Positions 29,449-37,787 of a stretch of 64,000 nucleotides of DNA are shown here, piece by piece (position 1 is the first letter of the stretch; every line of letters starts with the position of its first letter). The translations under genes and the position numbers were made by a program. The notes beneath the pieces are model-generated. The model was not told the origin of the DNA, searched no databases, and saw only the letters and a list, made by a program, of their open reading frames with translations. Source of the DNA: Gammaproteobacteria bacterium. Lineage in GTDB: Bacteria; Pseudomonadota; Gammaproteobacteria; JABABF01. The stretch lies in the NCBI GenBank assembly GCA_965237805.1, contig OZ250153.1:1536001-1600000 (forward strand). Reading direction: 5' to 3'.

Positions 29449-31535
29449 GACAGCGCCGAGCTCAGGCCATGTCCCCGAGCTGCGACACGCAGCCCCGTCG
29501 TCGCGCCTCGGCAGCGTGCGGGGCGACTTTGGTCGAGCTATCCCTGGTGGTGACGGTGTTGGCGCTTTTCTTTGCCCTGGATCTGCAGTCGCGCCGAGAG
29601 GATCGGCTGTTCTATCTCGCCGACTTGGCGGCCGCCGAGCTGAATGAGATCGTCTCGGCCTCGCTGTCCTATAGGACCAACACCGGCAAGTGGCCACTGG
29701 ATCACTGTGCTGAAGACTATCTGTTGCCCCCGTCGCCGCCCTCTCCCCTGAGTAGCAACTGCGACGGCGATAGCGGAGGCTTAATCGACGAAAACGACCT
29801 CTCCGGTGTGCGGCGTCTCTTCAGAGAGGGCTATATTCCGCTGAGCGATTGGCGCACCGAGCTGTCATCGACCGATGCCCCCATGGGCGGTAGCCGAGCC
29901 CTGTCGCTCAACTCCGTGCTCGGTGGTCGCCTGTTATTGCAGCCAGTGCCGACGACGGGGACGACTTCTTGGACCTTGCTGCCCACCGGTATGTCATATG
30001 CAGCTCTCGCCACCAGTATCGACAGTCCCGCCGAGCTCGATGCCCTCGTCTCCCGCCAAGGTTTGCGCCTGTGGATGGCACTGCCTGTGCCCTTTGCCTG
30101 CATGGCGCGCTATATCTCCGGCTTGGTGCCGTCTTCGCGCGTCCTCGTCGACGGCACGCCCATCGTCGACGGCATGCCGCTCGCCGGCATGCGTACCATC
30201 GCTGGCGTGCAGACCGCCTCGTGTCCCCAAGCTGGCAATGTCAGCGTTGAAATCCTGCGTCGCAACGCGCCCTATACCCGCTCGGAGGATGCCTTGGTGG
30301 CCGGGGGTGTGGATACCGATGTCGAGCTGGGGACGGTACTGCGGGTTGAACGCTTGATTATCGGCGACAATGTCAGCCTTGATGCCCCCGGTAACCGCAT
30401 CTTTTTCGAGGCGGAGAACACTTATAGCCCCTACTATGGGGTATTGCGTTTGGCTCCCTACGGCCTCAGCTCTACTGAGGCCACGACCGTGGAGACTGCC
30501 ATACAATTCGCACGTTCGTCCGTGGATACAACAGCGCCATCGGGCGGTTTGGCGGTGTTGGCTGCGCGCCCTGGAGGCGGCCCCCAAGCGACAGAATGTT
30601 GCGTTGAGCACTACCGCCTGGTCCCCGGCGACAGCACATCCCCCGCCTCCGGCATAGACTACTTCCCCTTCGGTGTGGCACCCTATAGTCCGCTGGATCG
30701 CAATTGGCAGAACAATGTGCTGATCATGCGTCCCGGTGCGCGTGCCGATCTGGCCACCAATACCGAGCTCGAGCTGCAAGATGCCAACACCCGTGAGATT
30801 GCACTCAGCTTGGAGATGCTGTCTAAATATCGCCAATACCCCAGCTCGATCGACGCGGGACAGCGTGCTTTCGGGCAGCCGCAGGGGCTGACTTACCACG
30901 GTGCCAGATCGGTCTCCGGGCGGGCTTCTGGTGTCGCTTTTGCTGTTCCAAGAGACTCGGTACAGACTGACATAGAGCTGGTGATCGGCGGTCTACCTGT
31001 GGCGAGTGGTGCCAATCAGGGTCTGCGTCACCGCAGCGCCTTCGACTTGTACAACAATCCGGCGGTACTCATGGGGCCGAGCACGCTATTGCGATACGAC
31101 CATTCCTATGTGGCCAACCTTTTCCTTGGCGACACCGACCTCATTCTCGGCTACGGACCGCGTTATTGGCGGTGGGATCCCTTGGGTTATCGAGATGCCG
31201 CGACGCCCTACCAGACCGCCTTGGACACACCACCGGATACGATTTGGTTGGATGAGGATTATGGGTTGATCAATTTCCAGCATAGTTTTACCAATATATA
31301 TTTTCAACGGCCCACCCGTCTGCTGGGCGTGGATTTCATCGACACAGGATACGCTTCGCTTCACCTCAATGATTCGATCCCACTGAAGATCGGGCGGGAA
31401 AACAGCGGTAGTAGCGCCACCCACACGCTGGCGAGTGATGCCATCATTGAGGGACGTAATATCACCGATCTTTCGTGCCTGCAGTGCACCGACAGCACTC
31501 GATGTCCCGCCGATGCCTCGGCCACTGCCTGTTGA
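29445..31535 (+). CDS. Giant pilin-like adhesin 3 (PilV-like)
   Basis: AACG|ATLVELSLVVTVLALF; GKWPLDHC; C-terminal CLQC...CP; ATGA overlap with the previous gene. Confidence 0.78.
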   Translation: MRQRRAQAMSPSCDTQPRRRASAACGATLVELSLVVTVLALFFALDLQSRREDRLFYLADLAAAELNEIVSASLSYRTNTGKWPLDHCAEDYLLPPSPPSPLSSNCDGDSGGLIDENDLSGVRRLFREGYIPLSDWRTELSSTDAPMGGSRALSLNSVLGGRLLLQPVPTTGTTSWTLLPTGMSYAALATSIDSPAELDALVSRQGLRLWMALPVPFACMARYISGLVPSSRVLVDGTPIVDGMPLAGMRTIAGVQTASCPQAGNVSVEILRRNAPYTRSEDALVAGGVDTDVELGTVLRVERLIIGDNVSLDAPGNRIFFEAENTYSPYYGVLRLAPYGLSSTEATTVETAIQFARSSVDTTAPSGGLAVLAARPGGGPQATECCVEHYRLVPGDSTSPASGIDYFPFGVAPYSPLDRNWQNNVLIMRPGARADLATNTELELQDANTREIALSLEMLSKYRQYPSSIDAGQRAFGQPQGLTYHGARSVSGRASGVAFAVPRDSVQTDIELVIGGLPVASGANQGLRHRSAFDLYNNPAVLMGPSTLLRYDHSYVANLFLGDTDLILGYGPRYWRWDPLGYRDAATPYQTALDTPPDTIWLDEDYGLINFQHSFTNIYFQRPTRLLGVDFIDTGYASLHLNDSIPLKIGRENSGSSATHTLASDAIIEGRNITDLSCLQCTDSTRCPADASATAC

Positions 31536-31555
31536 GTGGCTTGCACCGAGCTGCC

Positions 31556-31584
31556 TTGCACTGGCTCTGTTCTTGTGATATTCT
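31556..31584 (+). promoter_or_regulatory. Putative sigma70 promoter for the lipoprotein/secretin genes
   Basis: TTGCAC-N17-TATTCT with extended -10 TG. Confidence 0.45.
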
Positions 31585-31799
31585 AGAGGAATACACGTTT
31601 TAGTTTGTTTGCAATATCGTCTAACAGGCCATTGTTCGCTGAGAATTTTAGCGCCGTTGCCGAGCAAACGGACAGGGTGGCGGCTGTTCAGATCGATTCG
31701 CAGCTGCTCAGCGTGGCCTTGGTTTCAAAACGCAGGTGGCTATTTGGAGGTGTTGGGGTGGTAGGGCTTGGGAGACAGCGGATCATGCAGGGGGAGCCT

Positions 31800-33278
31800 A
31801 TGCATAGCCGGTGGTGGAGATTGACAGCCGCACCGCGCCCGTTGTGGTCGGGTTCGGGCGTGTTGCTCGCCACGGCCACGGTCGTTCTGATGCTCGGGGG
31901 CTGTTCCTCGCTCGGCTCTGGGGTCGGATTGTGGAATCGTGCCACAACGCCCAGCACTGAGACTGATGCCGTCGCGCTGAACAGCTTGGCATCGGTCGCC
32001 GAGCACCCTGTTGCAGCAGCGGGTGGTGCCGCCGTCATCGCGTCGATCAAAGGCTCTCCCGCCAGCTCGCATGACAACACTCCAGAGACCGCCAATGTCG
32101 TGCCGATTCGGCGCTTGCATTGCCTTGAGGTCAAGGCCACCGATCTGTCTGCCAGCTTCCAGCGGCTCGCCACCCATTATGGCCTGCGCCTCGAGTGGTT
32201 ACCGGAGGATGATCGCCGTATATTACAGGGCTACAAGCTGCGCTTTGATTGCTTTGAGGAGGGTTTGCGCCAGTTGTTATTACTCAATCCCCTGTTGGTG
32301 GCCGATATTTACTACCCCAACCGTGTGTTGGTGGTGCGCGATGCCGACCGGCATACCACGGTCGATGCCACGCCATTGCGTTGCGAGACTTCCCCGATAC
32401 GCTTGGCGCGCCCCTTGCCAGTCTGTGCGGGTGAGCGTCCACAGGCGGCCTTGCCGCGCCGGGCACGCCCGATAGTAGCGAAACCGGATGCCGCAAGCGT
32501 TGCCCCTGCGATAGATAACCGTCGCTCCAGAGCGCAGAGTCGTCGGCAGGCGCGCGCCGAGCGTGCCAAAGCCCGCCAGGAGGCCAAAGTCCAAGAGGCC
32601 AAAGCCCGCCAGGAGGCCAAAGCCCAAGAGGCCAAAGCCCGCCAGGAGGCCAAAGCCCGCAAGGAGGCCAGCACCCAAGAGGCCAGCCCCCAAGAGGCTG
32701 GCATCCAAGAGGAACGCAGCAGACAGCGCGCTGAGCGTGACAGAGCTCGTGAGGAACGCAGCCAACGCCGCGCCGAGCGCGTTCGCGCCCGCGAGGAACA
32801 GCGCAGCCAACGCCGTACCGAAAGTGCTGGACGCGCCGCCGCTGCCGAGGCCACACGACGCCTTGGCGAGACCGCCCGCCGCGCCGCTGCTGCCGAGGCC
32901 ACACGTAGCGCCATTCCGGCTCCTGCGACGCGTTCCGACCGCGTTGAACGTTCCGAGCGCGTTGAACGCTCCGAGCGTGTCGACCGGGAACTCCGAGCCG
33001 CTCGGGCTGTTAGCAAGCGCAATCAGTGGACGGTGCGCGTCGCTGTCTACGACCGGCCAACCGGTGCGCAGCGTATGCTGGGGCGCCTGCGCGCCGACAA
33101 TTTCATGGCTTATGTGGCATCTGTCAAGAGCGGTGCACGGACTTTCAGTGGGCTCTATGTCGGTAAGGCCCTGAGCAAACACCGCGCCGAGCGCTTGGCG
33201 AAGGAGTTGGATCGGCGCTATGGCTTGGCCACACTGGTTGTCATGCGCACCAGCCCACCAGCCGAGGCGGCTCGATAG
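31800..33278 (+). CDS. Lipoprotein with TcpQ/PilL-like domain, charged helical linker and C-terminal SPOR domain
   Basis: Lipobox LGGC; LSASFQRLATHYGLRLEW...FEEGLRQLL...YYPNRVLVV resembles TcpQ; WTVRVAVY...LYVG...A..LAKEL resembles SPOR. Start uncertain. Confidence 0.65.
   Translation: MHSRWWRLTAAPRPLWSGSGVLLATATVVLMLGGCSSLGSGVGLWNRATTPSTETDAVALNSLASVAEHPVAAAGGAAVIASIKGSPASSHDNTPETANVVPIRRLHCLEVKATDLSASFQRLATHYGLRLEWLPEDDRRILQGYKLRFDCFEEGLRQLLLLNPLLVADIYYPNRVLVVRDADRHTTVDATPLRCETSPIRLARPLPVCAGERPQAALPRRARPIVAKPDAASVAPAIDNRRSRAQSRRQARAERAKARQEAKVQEAKARQEAKAQEAKARQEAKARKEASTQEASPQEAGIQEERSRQRAERDRAREERSQRRAERVRAREEQRSQRRTESAGRAAAAEATRRLGETARRAAAAEATRSAIPAPATRSDRVERSERVERSERVDRELRAARAVSKRNQWTVRVAVYDRPTGAQRMLGRLRADNFMAYVASVKSGARTFSGLYVGKALSKHRAERLAKELDRRYGLATLVVMRTSPPAEAAR
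32565..32990 (+). repeat. In-frame short tandem repeats (AKARQE/AKxQE, EERSQRRAE, RAAAAEATR, ERVERS)
   Basis: Visible DNA repeats such as GCCAAAGCCCGCCAGGAG x3. Confidence 0.85.
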
Positions 33279-33280
33279 TC

Positions 33281-33787
33281 ATGGCTACGGGCAGGCCTGC
33301 ACTCGCCAGCGCTCAGCGGCCATTATTCATCGCTGTACTCTCAGCGTTGGTGTTGTCGCTTGCGGCCTGTGCCGGAGTGCCCAGTAGTGAGCGAGCTGCG
33401 ACTGGCCAATCCACTGTTGATGCCATGACGCCGTCTACGGGCACAACAAAACGCCGGATGCGGCGGGGCGACAAAGAGTTACTTGCCCGCAAGCATGCCG
33501 TTTCCCTGCGTCGAGCTGAGGTTTCCTGTGAGCGGGCAGGTTCCGAGGCGGAGCTCAACCAGTGGACCCTACGTATCGAGCTCTACAGCGATGCGCAGGC
33601 CGCACGCGAGCAGTATGAAGTCCTCAGTCGGGTGGGTTTCCCAGTGTACCTGCAGGAAGTTTCTGCAACGGATGGCCAAGTAGGGCTTTATACCGGGCGC
33701 GAGGTGACTTGTTGGCAGGCTCTGGAGGCCAAGCGCCTCTTGGACCCCAGCTATTCATTGGATACGACGATTGTCCGTGTTCGCTGA
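33281..33787 (+). CDS. Small SPOR-domain lipoprotein
   Basis: Lipobox LAAC; NQWTLRIELY...GLYTG...LD..Y.L.T.IV parallels the SPOR domain of the preceding gene. Confidence 0.65.
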   Translation: MATGRPALASAQRPLFIAVLSALVLSLAACAGVPSSERAATGQSTVDAMTPSTGTTKRRMRRGDKELLARKHAVSLRRAEVSCERAGSEAELNQWTLRIELYSDAQAAREQYEVLSRVGFPVYLQEVSATDGQVGLYTGREVTCWQALEAKRLLDPSYSLDTTIVRVR

Positions 33788-33805
33788 TCTTCGGTACGAC
33801 ACAGA

Positions 33806-35527
33806 GTGAAAGCGATGGCGATATTAGCACAGACAAAGGCACAGGTGGCGGTTTTGGCGGGCCGTTGTGGCGCGATCCCAAGCCAAAGGATCCCAAGCCA
33901 AAGATTGTGCAACACACTATTATTGGCGGTATCCTTGGCTTTGTTGTCTGGCTGTGGCCTGATTGCCGACTTGAGTGGCAGCGCTCTCTCCAAGCAGGTA
34001 GATGGACACCGCGATCATATCAAAGGTCAGCTGGAAAAACTGGTTCAATCGCAGACGCCGAAACGTCCCTTGGTGCGCTTTCACGATTCCCCCTATACTG
34101 CTTTTGATTGGGTATCACGCGATGACATGGCGTGGTTGCAACAGCGGGTGCTGGTCAATGCGCGGCAGCTGCCGCTGAATTTGCTGATGGATCAAGTCAT
34201 GCGGCAGCTCGATGCCCCGCCCTTGGTGCGTTACGGCGATGTGGCCGAACAGGTGGACGCGGAGCGCCTGCGGCGGGAGCTCCGCTTTGGCGGAAAACTG
34301 TCGGCGGAGTTGGCCAACGTACGCTTGGAGTCGCTGGCGGCGAGCAAGACTTGGGTCGACACGTGGCGCCCGGTGACGCTGCGTTTCTCAGGCACGATGC
34401 TGGAGCTGCTGGAGCGCCTAGCATTGCTGAGCGACTATGCCTACACCACCAATGCTGATGATAACAGCCTGCATTGGCAGGCTTATTTGACCCGTTCTTT
34501 CCGCTTGGTTCACCCACAGGGCGACCAAGAATACGACATCGGCTTTTCTTCTGGTGGTGGTGGCGGTTCGGCGTCGGGTGGGGGTGTGACCACCGGTGGT
34601 AGCGGTGGGATCAGTGGCTCTTTCCGTTCGGATAACCAATATGTCGGCTTCGAAGAGAACGGCGGCGAATTCTGGGATGATCTGGAAACGGCGGTCGAGG
34701 CCATCCTCGACGGCGATGGTGACATAGATCGCTATATCAGTCGGTCAACTATCATCGTCACTGCTCCGGCCTCCAAAGTGCTGGCCGTGGGGCGTTTCGT
34801 GCGCGAGCTGAATGAAGATCTACAGCGCAAGATGCTGATCGAGTTCCGGGTCATCGAAGTCGCATTGAATGACTCGCATACTTTCGGCATCGATTGGTCC
34901 GTGATTCAATCCCAGCTGACCGGGCAGGATCTTGAAGTCATACTTCGTGGCAATTCGCTGACCATCGGTGGCGGTCAGCCGCCGGAGAATGTTGGCACAC
35001 ACGATCACTATGTCAACACGGTGCTGACCGCCCTGCGCACTCAAGGTGAGGTCAGTGTGGAGACGGCACCGCGGGCGTTGATCTATAACCATCAGGCGGT
35101 GGAAGTGCGTCGCACCGAGACCCAGTCCTACATTTCCCAAGTCTCTCGCTCTGTCGATAGCTTTGGCTCCAATGTCAGCGTGACTCCTGGTACCATCGAC
35201 TCTGGTGTCAGCTTCTATGCGCTGGCGAATATCCTCGACAGTCGGCGCGTCGTGCTACAGGTGTCCGGCTCCTTGCGCGATGCAATTATCGGCGAGGCAG
35301 TCGATATTGGCGGTGGATCGCAGGTCAACCTGCCTTCACTGACCGAGAATGTGTTCAATCAGCGCGCCATTTTGAACTCTGGGCAGTCCCTTTTGCTGAG
35401 CGGCCTGCGACGCCGCCGTGGTAATTATGCCAAGACCACGCGCTCCGATCTCGACTACAACAAGAACCAGAATTGGTCTCAGGTGGAGACCATCGTCATG
35501 ATCACGCCAGTTGTGGTGAGTGACTGA
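33806..35527 (+). CDS. Lipoprotein secretin (PilN/BfpB type)
   Basis: Lipobox LSGC, Gly/Ser-rich N3 loop, FWDDLE, RVIEVAL...GIDW, SGQSLLLSG, terminal IVMITPVVV. Confidence 0.9.
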   Translation: MKAMAILAQTKAQVAVLAGRCGAIPSQRIPSQRLCNTLLLAVSLALLSGCGLIADLSGSALSKQVDGHRDHIKGQLEKLVQSQTPKRPLVRFHDSPYTAFDWVSRDDMAWLQQRVLVNARQLPLNLLMDQVMRQLDAPPLVRYGDVAEQVDAERLRRELRFGGKLSAELANVRLESLAASKTWVDTWRPVTLRFSGTMLELLERLALLSDYAYTTNADDNSLHWQAYLTRSFRLVHPQGDQEYDIGFSSGGGGGSASGGGVTTGGSGGISGSFRSDNQYVGFEENGGEFWDDLETAVEAILDGDGDIDRYISRSTIIVTAPASKVLAVGRFVRELNEDLQRKMLIEFRVIEVALNDSHTFGIDWSVIQSQLTGQDLEVILRGNSLTIGGGQPPENVGTHDHYVNTVLTALRTQGEVSVETAPRALIYNHQAVEVRRTETQSYISQVSRSVDSFGSNVSVTPGTIDSGVSFYALANILDSRRVVLQVSGSLRDAIIGEAVDIGGGSQVNLPSLTENVFNQRAILNSGQSLLLSGLRRRRGNYAKTTRSDLDYNKNQNWSQVETIVMITPVVVSD

Positions 35528-35665
35528 GAGCTGGGGCGATCGATCGGGCTGTTGCATGCGCAGGCTTGGCCGCTGTTGTCTTGACATCGGCAGGACAACG
35601 GGGACGGATCACTGAGCTGGGTCTGAGCGTGGGATGCTGGGGTAGCGCAGGGGAGGTGTAGACTG

Positions 35666-37738
35666 ATGGCAGATGAGATCGATCCCCGCACAGCGGGGTC
35701 TGTGGGCGAGCCTGAGAATGTCATGGCGGGCTCTAAAGATGGTGCCGACGCTGCTGCTCGGGTTGAGGCAGCGCTGGGCTTGGACGAATCCGCCACCGAT
35801 ACGGACGGCGCAGCATCGGAACTGGAACCGAGCAAGGGTGGCCGCCGCCGATTCCGACGCTCTATCACCACGGGTCTGTTGCCGGACAAGATGCTGTCCG
35901 GTGATATCCTGACAGCGCCAGCCAGTCTTAGCGATTTTGCCAGTGCCCCGGTGCGGGAGACCATCCCCTACACCGCAGATCCGAAGACAGCAGTGCGCCA
36001 GCGGGCGCGCGAGATGGCCAAGCTCTACGGTGAGGAAGAGGATGGCCCCTATGTGAACTTTGTCGTCCGTCCGGGGCTTATTTCGGCGGTCTTCTATCCG
36101 CGTGAAGCGCATTTGCTGGGCGAGAGCGTGTGCGACATGATCGGCGATCGCGGTGGTAAGAACTATATCTGGTGTGAACGTGCGCTCTCCGATTGTCATA
36201 TTGTGGTGGTCATGGATGGCGAGGTGCGCGCTGATTTGGCGCAAGCACAGCAAAATTCTGGTCAAGAAGTGCGCCAGTGGCTCTTTACCATGCGCCGTCA
36301 CCTGAGCCAATCAACGACGCCGAGCGGTGCCGATAGCGCGGCAGATGCCCCCGCAGCACCGCTACAGACACCCAAATTATTTCTGCACAATATTACGCTG
36401 GCCGAGCTCGGCATCAGCGGCAGTACGGCCGCTCAGGTCGAGACCCTCGACCAAGACATCTTGGAATGGTGCTGGGATAATACCTCGCACCTCTATCCAC
36501 TGTTGCCGGTTCAGCGTGCCCTGCGCTTGGTATTTAGCCGCGAGAGCCGTGTGTTGCGCTCTGTGGTGTTCAATATCGCTGGCGTTATTTTGTTGCTCAG
36601 CGGTGCGCTGTATGCCTACACGACTATCTACCAATTCTTCCAGCAGAGGGAGATTGCGCAACAGCTGGCTGCCGCGCAACAGAGCCGCGAGCTGTTGGAT
36701 GACGAGTTGGTGCAAGCAACAGATGAGGGATCGGTAACGGCTGAGACCGTCGCTGATTCCGTGGTCGACCGGCAGGCTGAGTTGGTCAACCAACCGCTGG
36801 CAGACTTCACTGCCAACCAACGGGATGCCGGGGTGCTTTTGGAGTGGGTATTACAGAGCATTCTGGATCTCGGCAGCTATGTCAATTCGGATCCCAGCGG
36901 CGGCGGACACAGTTTTTACCGTTTGATGCAGAATGCGACTTGGTCCGATCTTGATCAACAGCTGGCCGTGCGCATCGTGGGTAGCGTCGGCCGCGTCACT
37001 CGCCTGTATCAAGTGGTGTCTGAAGAGCCGGATCTCCCTTTCAGAGTGCGCTCTTATTCCACCCGTCGAGGAGGCGGGAAATTGACCTTGCAGCACAGTC
37101 CGGTGCGCGCTGTGCCGCGCTTGAACGAACTGTGGTTGTCATCGCAAAGTGCGTTGGCCAATGTTGACGACGACTCTGCCAGCGCTGAGGTGGAGGATTA
37201 TGAGGCATTGCTCTTGCTGGACGATGCCGATAGCGGCCTTGTGACAGCGGATGATCGCTGGGAGCTGGGTGACGATCACTGGTCGGCAGCGACGGTCAAG
37301 CAGGGCGCACAAGCCCTGCCCGAGTTGCCGCAGCGTGAGCAATGGTTGTTGCGCGAGTGGGTGCTGTTGCTGGACTCGATGAACGGTAAAAACATCAGGT
37401 TGTACGAGGAGCAACGTTTGCATTACCGACTCTACGAAGTGTGGGCTGACCTGCCAGCGGTTAGCTTGGAGTCATGGCACTGGTTCGGGCAGTTGCTCAA
37501 AGGGCGCGATGTGCTGTTGCGTTATGTTGATATGGCGTTTGACCCCAATGACCCGCAACGTATGCAGGCGCAGGTACACCTCGGCATTACCTTGCCTTTG
37601 CGCAGTGGCGAAGTCCTGCAGCAGGTGGATCCCCGCATCCCCATCGCGCCCTTGCCCAAACAGGAGCTCGCCGATTGGGATCGCAACGTCGACGATGCAG
37701 ATCAGCGTACCCGCGGTCGTCGGCGTACGCTTCGTTAG
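35666..37738 (+). CDS. Bitopic membrane pilus accessory protein, PilO(R64)-like
   Basis: ~300-aa cytoplasmic domain, one central TM (IAGVILLLSGALYAY), periplasmic domain; follows the secretin. Family call rests on topology and position. Confidence 0.45.
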   Translation: MADEIDPRTAGSVGEPENVMAGSKDGADAAARVEAALGLDESATDTDGAASELEPSKGGRRRFRRSITTGLLPDKMLSGDILTAPASLSDFASAPVRETIPYTADPKTAVRQRAREMAKLYGEEEDGPYVNFVVRPGLISAVFYPREAHLLGESVCDMIGDRGGKNYIWCERALSDCHIVVVMDGEVRADLAQAQQNSGQEVRQWLFTMRRHLSQSTTPSGADSAADAPAAPLQTPKLFLHNITLAELGISGSTAAQVETLDQDILEWCWDNTSHLYPLLPVQRALRLVFSRESRVLRSVVFNIAGVILLLSGALYAYTTIYQFFQQREIAQQLAAAQQSRELLDDELVQATDEGSVTAETVADSVVDRQAELVNQPLADFTANQRDAGVLLEWVLQSILDLGSYVNSDPSGGGHSFYRLMQNATWSDLDQQLAVRIVGSVGRVTRLYQVVSEEPDLPFRVRSYSTRRGGGKLTLQHSPVRAVPRLNELWLSSQSALANVDDDSASAEVEDYEALLLLDDADSGLVTADDRWELGDDHWSAATVKQGAQALPELPQREQWLLREWVLLLDSMNGKNIRLYEEQRLHYRLYEVWADLPAVSLESWHWFGQLLKGRDVLLRYVDMAFDPNDPQRMQAQVHLGITLPLRSGEVLQQVDPRIPIAPLPKQELADWDRNVDDADQRTRGRRRTLR

Positions 37739-37787
37739 CCCAGCCTGAGCTTGCGCCAATCGCCGCAGCTGCTGGCGAGTCCCGCGC

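Noticed and set aside
24798-31535. Shufflon or DGR-type diversification of the PilV-like genes
   Set aside because: No inverted C-terminal cassettes, repeated sfx-like sites, recombinase or reverse transcriptase seen; all three are full-length co-oriented genes.
18008-37738. ICE/plasmid or prophage
   Set aside because: No integrase, relaxase, T4SS, replication or phage genes, and no flanking tRNA or att repeats found.
18008-37738. Ordinary T2SS or type IVa pilus
   Set aside because: No GspC/L/M or PilM/N/O/P(T4a)/PilT recognised; the lipoprotein secretin and long-leader pilin point to T4b.
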